Source: Acholeplasmataceae bacterium (GTDB lineage Bacteria; Bacillota_I; Bacilli_A; Acholeplasmatales; Acholeplasmataceae). Taken from it: 64,000 nt of DNA. The notes beneath the pieces are model-generated. The model saw only the letters and a program-made list of their open reading frames with translations, was not told the origin of the DNA and did not search any database. The translations under genes and the position numbers were made by a program. Of this stretch, positions 1 through 11,800 are shown one piece after another. The stretch is taken from NCBI GenBank assembly GCA_963675245.1, contig OY775910.1, positions 960,001 to 1,024,000 on the forward strand, read 5' to 3'. How positions within the stretch are numbered: position 1 is the first letter of the stretch; each line of letters begins with the position of its first letter.

Positions 1-1
1 T

Positions 2-433
2 GGTAGATTAAGCGCAGTTGAAGGAGAAACAGAATTTCCACATATACCTGATTGGTATGAATGGCAAAGAGAACAAGTTAAACAAGAGATATTGAGTGGC
101 AAGTACTATTTTGAAGATAAAGTCAACATTGATTCTTTACCGAACGCTAAAGGATATATGCCATTAGGTGAGGGATCTTTAACACATGATATACATGGTT
201 TTCATTTAAAGGGACAAGATATTGATGGTAGTTTAGACTTAATCAAAGAACCTTTATCCATGTATGGCCTTCATATCGAATATGATTATATGGGACGTGG
301 AGACTGCATTGATTTATCAACACTCGAGGATACATATTATATTTATCCTTTAACAAAATCTAATGTGGTTACAAAACTGCATTTTGCAGTTGAAGAAATT
401 TATAAAATAGAAAAAGAAAAACTGAAAAAATAA
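2..433 (+). CDS. C-terminal part of a probable lysophospholipid/glycerol acyltransferase-family protein (5'-truncated by window edge)
   Basis: Frame is open from base 2 (GRLSAVEGETEFPHIPDWYEWQRE...) to TAA at 431-433. Resembles C-terminal extensions of long PlsC-like proteins; catalytic motifs are not in the window. Confidence 0.5.
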   Translation, partial: GRLSAVEGETEFPHIPDWYEWQREQVKQEILSGKYYFEDKVNIDSLPNAKGYMPLGEGSLTHDIHGFHLKGQDIDGSLDLIKEPLSMYGLHIEYDYMGRGDCIDLSTLEDTYYIYPLTKSNVVTKLHFAVEEIYKIEKEKLKK

Positions 434-447
434 GAGGTTTAATTAAC

Positions 448-924
448 GTGAAATATTGTCCTAAATGTGGTCGAGAACTTCATCAAAAAGCACACATTGA
501 AGGTCGTGATGTTCGTGTATGCACATGTGGATATATCGATTGGGATAATTGGGTTAACGTATCAGCTGTAACGGTTGCATATAATGAAGATAATGACATT
601 TTAATGGTTCGTATGAAACGCACGGGAAAATTAACATTTCCCGGTGGTTACAGAAATATTGGTGAATCATTAGAAGATGCGGCAAAGCGAGAATGTCTTG
701 AAGAATCTGGCTATGTAGTCGATGATTTAAAATTATTTAATGTATATACACTTGACCGATTAAGACTCGTTTGGATCATTTTTAAAGCTAAAGTTGTCTC
801 AGGTGATTTTATTGATAATGATGAGGTAAGTGAGGTTGTCTTTATTAATAAACATACATTGCCTAAAGATAGTGATTTAAGAGGGTCTTTGTCGATTAGA
901 TTATTAACAGAACTGTTTAACTAA
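448..924 (+). CDS. NUDIX hydrolase with N-terminal zinc ribbon
   Basis: CPKCG...CTCG ribbon; Nudix box GGYRNIGESLEDAAKRECLEESG; GAGG SD before GTG. Confidence 0.9.
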   Translation: MKYCPKCGRELHQKAHIEGRDVRVCTCGYIDWDNWVNVSAVTVAYNEDNDILMVRMKRTGKLTFPGGYRNIGESLEDAAKRECLEESGYVVDDLKLFNVYTLDRLRLVWIIFKAKVVSGDFIDNDEVSEVVFINKHTLPKDSDLRGSLSIRLLTELFN

Positions 925-932
925 TAATAGGT

Positions 933-1009
933 CGGGAAGTGGCTCAGCTTGGTAGAGCACTCGGTTCGGGACCGAGAGGTCGCAAGTTCAAATCTTGTCT
1001 TCCCGACCA
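933..1009 (+). tRNA. tRNA-Pro(CGG)
   Basis: CGGGAAG/CTTCCCG acceptor stem, anticodon arm CTCGG-TTCGGGA-CCGAG, GTTCAAATC T-loop, encoded CCA. Confidence 0.97.
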
Positions 1010-1078
1010 TTTTGTATCTTGAGTAATGATATTGACCTATTGTATAATAGAAGGTACGAAAGGCAAAAGGATACTAGT

Positions 1079-2899
1079 ATGATCATTGTCTATGTGATTG
1101 ATAATTACGGGGAACTATCAAATGGAACAACCATTACAGCACTTCGCTCTAAGGAACAATTAGAAAAGCGAGGACATACAGTGAGGGTTGTTACCTCAGG
1201 TCCAGTTGAAGGACCTGATATTTATCATTTAGAAAAAAGATATATTCCAATTGTTTCTGCTGTTTCAGAAAAACAACAAATGTATTTTGCGAAACCAAAT
1301 AAAAAAGTGATGACCGAAGCATTTAAAGATGCTGATGTTGTACATTTCTTTATGCCATGGAAAGTCTCAAGAGTTGGTATCAAATTATGTAAAAAATTAG
1401 GTGTTCCATATACAGCCGCTTTCCACACACAGCCTGAAAATATTACATTTGGTATGGGATTGGGACGATGGGGAAGTCCCGTTGCTTGGCTCATTTATCG
1501 CAAGTTTTGGCATCAGTTTTATCGTAAAGTAACGCATGTACATTGTCCAAGTCCATTTATTTCTTATGAACTTAAAAACCAAAGATACAATAATCGTTTT
1601 CATGTCATTTCAAACGGTATTGATAGTGTTTATCGTCGAGGTGAAGTTCATGAACATGACCATTTTCAAATTTTATCGACAGGTCGTTATGCATTAGAAA
1701 AAAGACAGGATATTATTATCAAAGCGATTGGACAATCTAAATATCGCGACAAAATTAAATTAATTCTGGCTGGTCATGGACCATTTGAAAAAAAATATAG
1801 AAATCTTGCTAAAAAATATCAGGTAGATACAACATTCGCTTTCTATACACAAAAAGAACTGATCGCTAAAATTCATGAGAGTGACTTATATGTTCATGCA
1901 GCGGATGCTGAAATTGAAGGTATCGCTGCGTTAGAAGCGATTGCTTGTGGGTTAGTCCCCGTTATCGCCGAATCAAACAAAAGTGCAACTGCACAATTTT
2001 CGATTGATGATCGAAACATATTTAAGGCAAATCAACATAAAGAATTATCGGAAAAAATCGATTATTGGTTAGATCGACCATATGAACGTAAAGAGATGTC
2101 TATTAAATATGAAGCACATGCTAATAATTTCCGCTTAGATCATGCAGTATCATTATTAGAACAAATGTTTAAACAATCGGTTGAGGATTATAAGCGTGCT
2201 GTTGTTGCAAAACAAAAAGATCAACGCAGTTATCGGAAGAATTTTAAGCAATCGTGGATAAAACGTACTGCTTCATGGCTTGTTTATTATGGTGTCGCCT
2301 TACCAATTTTAACGATTTATTTAAGATTAATTCGTGGTGTTAAGATCAAGAATAGAAAAAATCTTAAAGAACTTAAAGGCGGCGCAATCATGGTTTCAAA
2401 TCACGTACATACACTTGATTCTGTGATGAACGCTATTACCATTTTCCCTAAAAAACCGGTGTTTACAAGCATTAAATCTAATTTCAAATTGCCTGTTGCA
2501 GGAAGACTTGTTAATATTTTAGGATCAATGCCTGTTCCTGAAACACCATCAGAAATGAAAGTATTCTTTTACGAGTTATCAAAACAAGTCCGAAAAGGAA
2601 GAATTGTACACTTCTTCCCCGAAGGTGAATTGATTAAAGGTGATAGTAAACTTAGAGATTTTAAACGTGGTGCGTTTATGCTAGCAGAAGAAACGAAATC
2701 CCCAGTATTACCTGTAGGTATTAGTTTTCATGAAAAAAATAGATTCTTCCCACTAGTGGGTAAAGATCGTATTGTGATAAATGTAGGTAAACCTATTTAT
2801 CCCGATGTATTTAAATTAAAAAGAGAATCCATTGAAGATTTAAGTGATCAATCATTTGACGCGATGGACGAACTTATTTCATACGAAATGGTGTCATAG
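1079..2899 (+). CDS. GT4 glycosyltransferase fused to a C-terminal PlsC-type acyltransferase
   Basis: GT-B/GT4 features (FHTQPEN, GRYALEKRQD, EIEGIAALEA), then a hydrophobic helix, NHVHTLD (HX4D) and FFPEG. Start moved to ATG 1079 because the ORF-track start lies inside tRNA-Pro. Confidence 0.88.
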   Translation: MIIVYVIDNYGELSNGTTITALRSKEQLEKRGHTVRVVTSGPVEGPDIYHLEKRYIPIVSAVSEKQQMYFAKPNKKVMTEAFKDADVVHFFMPWKVSRVGIKLCKKLGVPYTAAFHTQPENITFGMGLGRWGSPVAWLIYRKFWHQFYRKVTHVHCPSPFISYELKNQRYNNRFHVISNGIDSVYRRGEVHEHDHFQILSTGRYALEKRQDIIIKAIGQSKYRDKIKLILAGHGPFEKKYRNLAKKYQVDTTFAFYTQKELIAKIHESDLYVHAADAEIEGIAALEAIACGLVPVIAESNKSATAQFSIDDRNIFKANQHKELSEKIDYWLDRPYERKEMSIKYEAHANNFRLDHAVSLLEQMFKQSVEDYKRAVVAKQKDQRSYRKNFKQSWIKRTASWLVYYGVALPILTIYLRLIRGVKIKNRKNLKELKGGAIMVSNHVHTLDSVMNAITIFPKKPVFTSIKSNFKLPVAGRLVNILGSMPVPETPSEMKVFFYELSKQVRKGRIVHFFPEGELIKGDSKLRDFKRGAFMLAEETKSPVLPVGISFHEKNRFFPLVGKDRIVINVGKPIYPDVFKLKRESIEDLSDQSFDAMDELISYEMVS

Positions 2900-2936
2900 A
2901 GGCGATATGCCTCTTTCACTTTAAAAGGGTAAAAAC

Positions 2937-3692
2937 ATGAAAGATGATTATGTTAAAAAGAATGCAAAAACTATCGATAAGTGGGTATCAGAAGGATGGG
3001 AGTGGGGAATTCCTATATCACACGAACAATATGTAGAAGCGCAAAAAGGAAATTGGGAAGTCGTTTTAACCCCTATTAAAACAGTTCCTAAATCATGGTT
3101 CCCTCCATTAAAAGGTTTAAGCGTATTAGGTTTAGCAAGCGGTGGCGGACAGCAAATGCCGATTTTTGCTGCACAGGGTGCTATGTGCACTGTCTTTGAC
3201 TTATCAACGAAACAACTTGAATCAGAAAAATTAGTTAAAGAACGTGAAGGCTATGACATTGATATCGTTCAAGGAGATATGACGAAACCATTACCATTTG
3301 AAAGTGAATCTTTCGACTTAATTTTCCACCCCGTATCAAACGTTTACGTCAAAGATGTCAGACATGTATTTAAAGAATGTTATCGTGTCCTTAAAAAAGG
3401 TGGCATTTTACTTGCTGGTTTAGACAACGGAATTAATTTTATTGTCAATTATCCAAACGAAAAAGAAATTGTTCATCGTCTTCCTTTTGATCCAACGACT
3501 GATGAAGCATTAATGGCTATGATGGAAGAAACGGATTCGGGCGTACAGTTTTCTCATTCATTAGAAGAGCAAATAGGTGGCCAACTAAGTGCAGGGTTTC
3601 ATATCGCAGATATTTATGATGATATTAATGGTGAAGGATATTTGCATGATATGAATATTCCTACCTTCTTCGCAACCAAAGCGATAAAATAA
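2937..3692 (+). CDS. Class I SAM-dependent methyltransferase
   Basis: Motif I VLGLASGGGQQ, LPFESESFDLIF, RVLKKGG. Confidence 0.9.
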   Translation: MKDDYVKKNAKTIDKWVSEGWEWGIPISHEQYVEAQKGNWEVVLTPIKTVPKSWFPPLKGLSVLGLASGGGQQMPIFAAQGAMCTVFDLSTKQLESEKLVKEREGYDIDIVQGDMTKPLPFESESFDLIFHPVSNVYVKDVRHVFKECYRVLKKGGILLAGLDNGINFIVNYPNEKEIVHRLPFDPTTDEALMAMMEETDSGVQFSHSLEEQIGGQLSAGFHIADIYDDINGEGYLHDMNIPTFFATKAIK

Positions 3693-3695
3693 TAT

Positions 3696-3719
3696 AAGAC
3701 GGTATTTACCGTCTTTTTT
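3696..3719 (+). terminator. Intrinsic terminator
   Basis: AAGACGGT-attt-ACCGTCTT followed by a T run. Confidence 0.85.
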
Positions 3720-3797
3720 AATTTAACATTTTGATTTATGCGCTGTATAATATAACCATATAACATTCGATTTAAAAACATACATAAGGAGATTTAC

Positions 3798-4685
3798 ATG
3801 GAACATATTATTGAAATCAAGAATCTCACAAAAGACTATGGTAATCATAAAGGCATTTTTGATGTCTCTTTTTGGGTTGGTAAAGGTGAATGTATTGGCT
3901 TTTTGGGACCGAATGGTGCCGGAAAAACAACAACGATGCGCCATTTGTTAGGTTTTATTAAGAATCATACAGGGGTTGTAACCATTAAGGGACTTTCTTG
4001 TTTTGAAAACCAAAAAGTACTTCAAGAATCAATTGGTTATTTACCAGGTGAAATTACATTTATAGATGAATTTAATGGTGAACAATTTATACAGTTTATG
4101 GCACGCATGAAGCGTGTAAATGATTTAACTTATGCAAATGAATTAATCGATACATTTGAGCTTGATACAACCGTATCAATTAAGAAGATGTCAAAAGGAA
4201 TGAAACAAAAATTAGGTATCGTTATCGCATTTATGAGCAAACCTAATATTTTATTATTAGATGAACCATCTAGTGGGTTAGATCCATTGATGCAAAATAA
4301 GCTCATTGAACTTGTCAATAAACACAAAAAAATGGGGGCGACCATTCTTTTATCTTCACACATGTTTGAAGAAGTTGAACGAACATGTGATCGTGTCTTG
4401 ATAATTAAACAAGGATATATAGTTGCTAATGAAAATATTGAAACGTTAAAAACAAATCGTCATAAACGTTTTATTATTAGTTTTAAAAATGAAGAAGAAG
4501 CAAAAAAATTTATGAATAATGAGACATGCAAAAAAATATCAAATACCATTATAAGTATTGATTTAAATACCGATATAGATAGTTTTATTAAAATGATTAG
4601 TCATTACTCAATTGTTAGTTTGGATGTACCGAGTCAATCCCTTGAAGAAATTTTCCTACAATATTATGGTGGTGATATGGCATGA
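3798..4685 (+). CDS. ABC-2 type exporter ATP-binding subunit
   Basis: GPNGAGKTT, MSKGMKQK, LLLDEP, H-loop SSH. Confidence 0.93.
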   Translation: MEHIIEIKNLTKDYGNHKGIFDVSFWVGKGECIGFLGPNGAGKTTTMRHLLGFIKNHTGVVTIKGLSCFENQKVLQESIGYLPGEITFIDEFNGEQFIQFMARMKRVNDLTYANELIDTFELDTTVSIKKMSKGMKQKLGIVIAFMSKPNILLLDEPSSGLDPLMQNKLIELVNKHKKMGATILLSSHMFEEVERTCDRVLIIKQGYIVANENIETLKTNRHKRFIISFKNEEEAKKFMNNETCKKISNTIISIDLNTDIDSFIKMISHYSIVSLDVPSQSLEEIFLQYYGGDMA

Positions 4686-5479
4686 TTAACTGGACATTAT
4701 ATAGTAAAGAAATGAAAAGCAATCTTTTCCTCGCCATTATATTTGCTGCGATTATAACATTATATGGCACGATGATTGTTGCGATGTTTGATCCTGAACT
4801 GTCAGATATATTCAGACAATTTTCTGATTCCATGCCAGGTGTCATGAATTTAATGGGTTTTGGTGTGATTCCTGATACGATGACTAATTTTATTTATGCA
4901 TTACTTTATGGCTTTTTATTTATTGTGTTTCCGATGATCTTTTCAATATTAGTCATCCAACGTTTGGTGTATCGTTATATTGATAAAGGATCGTTGGCAT
5001 ATTTATTATCTACACCTAACAGTCGGTTTCAAATTATCTTTACACAATTCTTTGTAATCCTGAGCTACCTATTGATACTCGTTGTATATTCGTTTACTTT
5101 AATTACAATAACCGCTGTCTTATTATATCCAGGCACATTAGATATCGGTAATTTCTTATATGGTAATTTGTCGTTATTATTAATGTTGTTATTTATTGCC
5201 AGTTTAACTTTTTTCTCATCTGCAGTCATTGGCGGTAAATATACAACTGGTATTACCGTCGGATTACCAGTGTTATTCTTTGTTTTTAAATTGATATCGA
5301 ATTTAGGTGATGACTATAAAATAGTCCGGTATCTTACACCATTTTCTTTGTTTAATGTAAATCTAATATCGACATATGATCCAATGTCGTTTGTGTTTAA
5401 CGGTATTTTGTTAGTCAGTACAATTGTTATTTTCGGTGCTACATTTTATCTTTTTGAAAGAAGAGATTTATCAATTTAA
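4682..5479 (+). CDS. ABC-2 type permease
   Basis: About six hydrophobic segments, GSLAYLLSTPNSR motif, C-terminal FERRDL; ATGA overlap with the ATPase gene. Confidence 0.88.
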   Translation: MINWTLYSKEMKSNLFLAIIFAAIITLYGTMIVAMFDPELSDIFRQFSDSMPGVMNLMGFGVIPDTMTNFIYALLYGFLFIVFPMIFSILVIQRLVYRYIDKGSLAYLLSTPNSRFQIIFTQFFVILSYLLILVVYSFTLITITAVLLYPGTLDIGNFLYGNLSLLLMLLFIASLTFFSSAVIGGKYTTGITVGLPVLFFVFKLISNLGDDYKIVRYLTPFSLFNVNLISTYDPMSFVFNGILLVSTIVIFGATFYLFERRDLSI

Positions 5480-5496
5480 GACAAGTGGAGGTTATG

Positions 5497-6174
5497 ATGT
5501 CCATACTTAAGGTTTTAGAATTAGAAAAATCATATCGTCAGAAAAAAGTGATTACACCTGTTTTAAGAGGTGTTGACTTTAATATTAATGAAGGTGAATT
5601 TGTATCTATCGTAGGACCTTCTGGATCAGGTAAAACCACACTCCTTTATGTTTTAAGCGGATTAGAAGATTATCAAAAAGGATCAGTTGAAATGTTCGAA
5701 AAAGAACTTTCAACGTATTCTGAAAGTGAAAAAGCTGAATTAAGAGCTAAACGTATTGGTTTTGTTTTCCAATTTTATAATTTAATTCCTAACTTAACAG
5801 TTTTAGAAAATGTGATGTTAGCATCAGTCATAGGCAAACAAAAGACCAAAAAAGAGATATCAGATCTATTATCACTTGTGGGTATGAGCGAATATGAAGA
5901 TAGATATCCATCACAGTTATCCGGTGGGCAGCAACAAAGAGTCGCGATTGCGAGAAGTCTCATTAATGATCCAGATTTAATATTTGCAGATGAACCAACT
6001 GGTAATTTAGATGAGAAAACAAGTCACACCATTATGGCATTATTCCAATCTTTACATAAAACATTACATAAGACCATTGTCATGGTTACACATAATGAAA
6101 GCCTAACAACCTATGGAACGAGAAAATTATCCATGCACGATGGAAAGGTCGTCAATGATGAAAAGGTGGTTTAA
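5497..6174 (+). CDS. LolD/MacB-type ABC ATP-binding protein
   Basis: [40 protein letters not shown]; start placed by GGAGG SD spacing. Confidence 0.93.
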   Translation: MSILKVLELEKSYRQKKVITPVLRGVDFNINEGEFVSIVGPSGSGKTTLLYVLSGLEDYQKGSVEMFEKELSTYSESEKAELRAKRIGFVFQFYNLIPNLTVLENVMLASVIGKQKTKKEISDLLSLVGMSEYEDRYPSQLSGGQQQRVAIARSLINDPDLIFADEPTGNLDEKTSHTIMALFQSLHKTLHKTIVMVTHNESLTTYGTRKLSMHDGKVVNDEKVV

Positions 6175-8677
6175 AAAAGCCGCCTTCAGCTTTTTGTTTG
6201 CTTGGCGGAATCTAAGTGCACATCCTTTTAGAACACTTTTATTGATGATAGGTTTTCTAGGTGTTTCCATCACGATATTGATTTCAATTTCGATGAATGA
6301 TTTGCTGTATACTTATTATTATGGAAATCAAATAGAAACGTATCAAGATATCGATTTAAAAGTCGCGGTTGATAATGATAGTAGTTCTCGCTTTTTTAGA
6401 ACAACACCGCTTCAAAGTTCTAATATAGATGAATTTACGGATGGCATCTATCCGTTTTTTGAGTTTGATGTTCTTACACAAATCACAGAAGAAGATCGTG
6501 TTTATGTGCATGTTTTTGCATCATCAATAGATATGCTATCACATCTATCAAATCAACATATACAAACAAGTCAATTAGCAAATAATGAAGTCATTATTAC
6601 ATCCTCATATGCAAATGCTCATGATTTAAGTATTGATAATCAAATTTTATTACAAGCGGGTCAAGAAGAGCGTTATTTTATTGTGAAGGAAATTCTTGAT
6701 GATGGAAAATTATTCACCGGTCATAGTATCTTCATTGATAAACAATCTTCATTTTCTTTTTTCTTAACGGCATTAGATCCAGCTTTAGCAGAATTCCCGC
6801 CTATTTTATTAACGAATATTTACAGTGTGCTTTATGTTGATATCAAAGATGATGTGACGGTTAGTGAGGGTATTACAGCATTTAAAGCAATTAACGAATA
6901 TGAATCGCTAGATTATATTAAAGCGATTGATGACGTCGCGATTAATCAATTAATCAACCGAAATATTGCTTTAGTTAACGCACTATTAAGCCTTGTGTTT
7001 ATCGCGATTATATTTGTTTTACAAACGACACTCAATGTCTATTTTCACGAGCGAAAAGCAAATGCTGCAACCATTCATGTGCTTGGTGGACGATATCGTT
7101 ATGCATTTGGTATTTTAGGTATAGAAATCTTTTTTCAACAAGCTATCGCATTTATTATTGCAGTGATTACGACAAATATTAGTTTCAAAATCGGCATGAC
7201 CTATTTATCATCAGCATGGATTTATCAATTAACAGTTGATCGCATACTTATGGCGTTAGGTATAACGCTTGTTGTAATACTATCTATGTTTGCATATTAT
7301 GCATACCGTTATATGAAATCAGTTGATATGACACTTATTAGACGCATTGGTAATGAAAGACGACTAAATATGAAAGCACATATCATCATCGCACTTATGA
7401 GTTTATTACTTTATGGTGTGAGTTATTGGCAAATGTTAGTTGACCTGTTCGGTCATACGTTAAGTCTATTTAGAATTTTATTTGTGGCTTCATTCCTATT
7501 ATCATTTCCATTTTTTATTTATGATCTATGTGTTCACTGGTTATCTAAATATAAAGAACGAAAAAAAACGTATTATCATATGAAGATTTTTTCTGGCAAA
7601 AAAGGTTTTTCTCTATATTTTTCGATGACACTAATTGTCTCACTCATTATTTTCTTGCTCGTATTCATGATCCAACATTTGAATCAAAGAGAAGAAACGT
7701 TCGCAAATGAATATCAGTTTGATATGATTGTCACAAGAATGACAGGTAACGAAGAGACAATCTATCAAGATATTAATCATATGGACAATGTAGAACATGC
7801 AAACCGAGCAGATATTTATGATGCAGTTGAAGTACCTAACCAAGTGCTCAGTATTGATTATGTGATCTCAATGGATATTTATGATATTCAAACATATTTT
7901 GATTTTGTAGATCTTGAAGATCAAATCGTTCGGTTAAGTCAGAAATTAGAATCATCTATTATATTACCAATAAGGTATAAGGAAATATTTAACTATCAAG
8001 TCAATGATGTTGTCGTCTTAACACTTAATCCCGATATACCTGAACAATCATTTATCATTGCAGGATTCTTTGAAAAGCAAGGACTTGATGTCGCTTTTAC
8101 GAATCTTTATATGATTGATCAGGAGGTTCAAGACAACGCAAATAGTATTTTGATTACAGCAAAAGGAGATCGACATATTCTTTTTAATGATCTACTGGAT
8201 TCGTATAGTAAACAACTTGTCGTTGTGATTGATTTTAAGACGACGTATGTTGATGTATATGTATCCCAAATGAATCTAGTTAAAAATTTTATTATCGGTT
8301 ATATATTAGTATTAATTGCATGTTTTATTATGACGTTATCCAATCATCAAACGATGTTAAATATGACATTAGAAGCGGATCATGCGAGAATGTTAGCTAT
8401 GGGATATGGATATCAAGAATTATCCAAGGATACGATAAAATCAGATATGATGATATTAAGTTTGATGTTATTTGTATCCACTCTTAGCTACCTACTCATA
8501 TTTGATCAAATTAAGGGATTGTTTTCAGCCTTTGGAGCTTATGAATCGATTCGCTTTAATGTGACATCAATCTTTATTGGTATAAGTATCAATATTGTTC
8601 TATATATTGTATTGATAACGATGAGAATATTAAATGAACGAAAATTAAACATTAGTAAATATTTACGAATACTTTGA
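6155..8677 (+). CDS. FtsX/MacB-like ABC permease (duplicated architecture)
   Basis: AWRNL...RTLLLMIG N-terminus, two extracytoplasmic loops alternating with TM bundles; follows a LolD-like ATPase. Confidence 0.82.
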   Translation: MMKRWFKKAAFSFLFAWRNLSAHPFRTLLLMIGFLGVSITILISISMNDLLYTYYYGNQIETYQDIDLKVAVDNDSSSRFFRTTPLQSSNIDEFTDGIYPFFEFDVLTQITEEDRVYVHVFASSIDMLSHLSNQHIQTSQLANNEVIITSSYANAHDLSIDNQILLQAGQEERYFIVKEILDDGKLFTGHSIFIDKQSSFSFFLTALDPALAEFPPILLTNIYSVLYVDIKDDVTVSEGITAFKAINEYESLDYIKAIDDVAINQLINRNIALVNALLSLVFIAIIFVLQTTLNVYFHERKANAATIHVLGGRYRYAFGILGIEIFFQQAIAFIIAVITTNISFKIGMTYLSSAWIYQLTVDRILMALGITLVVILSMFAYYAYRYMKSVDMTLIRRIGNERRLNMKAHIIIALMSLLLYGVSYWQMLVDLFGHTLSLFRILFVASFLLSFPFFIYDLCVHWLSKYKERKKTYYHMKIFSGKKGFSLYFSMTLIVSLIIFLLVFMIQHLNQREETFANEYQFDMIVTRMTGNEETIYQDINHMDNVEHANRADIYDAVEVPNQVLSIDYVISMDIYDIQTYFDFVDLEDQIVRLSQKLESSIILPIRYKEIFNYQVNDVVVLTLNPDIPEQSFIIAGFFEKQGLDVAFTNLYMIDQEVQDNANSILITAKGDRHILFNDLLDSYSKQLVVVIDFKTTYVDVYVSQMNLVKNFIIGYILVLIACFIMTLSNHQTMLNMTLEADHARMLAMGYGYQELSKDTIKSDMMILSLMLFVSTLSYLLIFDQIKGLFSAFGAYESIRFNVTSIFIGISINIVLYIVLITMRILNERKLNISKYLRIL

Positions 8678-8805
8678 TATTGAAAGTGTTCACTTGTTAA
8701 TGCACGTTATTAGATGTATAATTAGGCTGAATATTGGCAGAAACACATGTATACATCTTTGTTACATATAAAAAATTGGATATTAAGCACATAGGAGGAA
8801 AGTCG

Positions 8806-11800
8806 ATGAAAAAAGTAGTAGGTTTTCTCTTTTTGGTTGCAGTGAGTGTATTTTTATATTCATGTACTGGCTTAACGCTAGAAGCCCCCACTGTAACATT
8901 ATCTGGTGATACGATTAGTTGGAGTGCTGTGCCTACAGCCACTCAATATTTCGTATATATTTATGAAACGAGTACTGAACCTGGAACAGATTTTGAAACG
9001 ATAACTACAACAAGTTTTGATTTATCAACATTATCATTAACTGATGGCACATATAATGTCTATGTCATTGCATCAAGCGGTGCAAGTTTCTCAGCTCAAT
9101 CTAATTTGGTTGAATATATTGTGAGTGGCGGTAGTGGCTTATCACTTAATGCCCCTACCGGTGTAACAATTACCGGTCATATACTTACTTGGAATGCTGT
9201 TACTGATGCAACTGGATATAAGGTTGTCATTGGAACTACAGAAGTAAATACAACATCCACAAGTTATGATTTATCCACAGTTAGTTTAGCTGATGGTGCG
9301 TATAATGTTTATGTCATCGCGACAGCTGGGTCTTCACGATCCACAAATTCCGCAACGGTGTCATATACAGTTTCAGGTAGTGGTGTTAGTGTACCAACTA
9401 CACCAACCAATGTATCAATCACTGGAAGTATCATTTCCTGGACCGCAGTTACAGATGCAGTTAGTTATATCGTTACAATTAATGGCACTAACGTTTCTGT
9501 GACAACAACAAGTTATGATTTAAGTAATCAAACATTAACGGCAGGAAACTATCCAGTAACTGTCATTGCCGTGAATACTGCAGGACAGTCAGCTGCGACC
9601 GCTGCAGTTACTTACACAGTAACTCAAATGTCAAGTGTTAATGCAATTATTGCAGGTGTATTACCAATAATTAATCCAGTTTATGAGCCAAATATGGTTT
9701 TATCAGACTTTGATGAAGCGTATGAATATGCGGACTATATGCAAGTCGTAGCAATCGTTACGATATATGCAAATGCGTCAGAAGATGTTAATCTTGCTAC
9801 AGCTGATGCGATTGGTGTATTCTCAGATATGGCTACTTTAATGGATTCTGAAGATCCACTTTTCACTAATCTTGAAACATTCATGGCAACAACATCAATG
9901 TTTGAAGATAATCATGTGACACCTGAAGTACTTGCACATATTTTAACCGCAGTAGGTACAGAAGCGTTGGCACTAGGTTCGAGCCAAATGATGTCATCAA
10001 TTGAAACATTAGAAACAGAATTATTAGCATTACAACAAACATTAGCATTGAATACTAGCTACCAGGAAATGTTAACGATAATCGATAGCAATACACCAGT
10101 AACTGCAGAAGCAATTGCTGCACTACTAGATGCAAATGATGATTATACGCGTGAGTTGTTATACATCTTCCTAGATAAATGTATTGATATTAACAATAAT
10201 GACATGTATTCAAATGATTATTATTATCGTGATTATCTTGACAATCAAGATGTTGATATGATGATTTCAATCGCGGAAGAAGTTGCAGCTGGAGATGATG
10301 CATCATTTATCGATAATGCAACTACTTACAGAATGATGTTTGACGGTATCAATTATTTATTTAGTCAAATTGATGAGACAAATGACCATATTTATGAATT
10401 AAATATGTTAGCTGATCGTTTAGATGGTTTAGATGTCATGCTTAATGATAGTCCTGAAACTATCGAATCGGCACTATCAACAGTTTTTGAATTTATGTTT
10501 ACTGTGAGAGCTTCAATGCCTGCAAATATCATTGAGTTAATAGATACAGCATTGGATAGTGAAAATGGTTTATCTGGTTTATCTACAGCTGACATCATTC
10601 TTATCAAGAATGAATTTGTGGACATTATATCTGACGCATTACCAGATGAAGCAACATTCCAAACATTCTTTCAATCAATGTTGATGATTGGAGAAATTGC
10701 GTTAAACAATGACATTTCAAATATACCTGATCATGCCGATTATTTAGGTTCAGTTAGTTATAATATGATTAACATTGAATTGATGTTCATTGGTGACATT
10801 ACGTTAGATGATGTAACAGAAATTCAAGCCTTAATTACCGCATTTGAAACGGCGTATGGTGAAGATGGAAATCCTTTAGAAAATCCAACTCCACTTATTG
10901 ACATGATTGTCTACGCTAGAACATATCTAAATGATTTTATAACACTTCATCAAACAGATGTTGATACATTAGAAATACTCTTAGGATCTACTGGAACAGA
11001 AGCTGTATATTTAGAAATTTTATCGCAATTAACTGCTTTTGCAACAGATCAAAATCCAAGAGAACTAGATATGATTTTATATATTCTTGATGCGCTAAAT
11101 TCAGAGTATGATCATATCATGACAATATTAGGTATTGCACCTGACATTGCAGATGGCTTACTTACAGCATTTGTAGATTCTGAAGCAAGTATCTTTGGTG
11201 TCATTATGGCGATGCAAAACATGGAACAACCAACATTAAGTGATATTGTGACAGCGCTAGAGTCATTAATAGATGAAGCAGCACTTTATCATGATGTGTT
11301 GGCAAGCCAATTCACACTTGCAAATATTGAAAGCATATTGTCGATGATGGTTATACCTGCGATGGCAGAATCTGGACTTTACGCTGATGATACGATGGTT
11401 GCTACAATTCAATCATTCATTCCTGATGTTGCTCAAATTATTTTAAATGTAGCATCCATAGAAGGTGATATGTTTGATGCACTTCAAACCCTCGTGATTG
11501 GCGATTATATTAACGAAACGAATGGTTTCACAGAACCTGTAGATGTTGGTAGTGCCTTAGCCTTTATTCATCTATTTGATAGTGTGTTGACACCAGCTAA
11601 TGAAACGTTGATTGATGATACACTTGATATTATCTTTATTGATATATTAGGTGACGCAACCTTACAAACTAATATTGGTGTTGCGTCATGGCAGTCCATC
11701 TTTAGAGATATGTTAGAAGATGAAACCATCACATTAACTGATCCAATCAATCTTGCAGAAATTCAAACACACTTATCTGACATTAGATTAAGAATAGAAA

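Noticed and set aside
995..1078. ORF-track N-terminal extensions (also 6113, 8734, 17573, 26200, 28993, 30721, 42944, 52149, 60752)
   Set aside because: They overlap tRNAs, terminators or upstream genes; downstream ATGs have better SD or family support.
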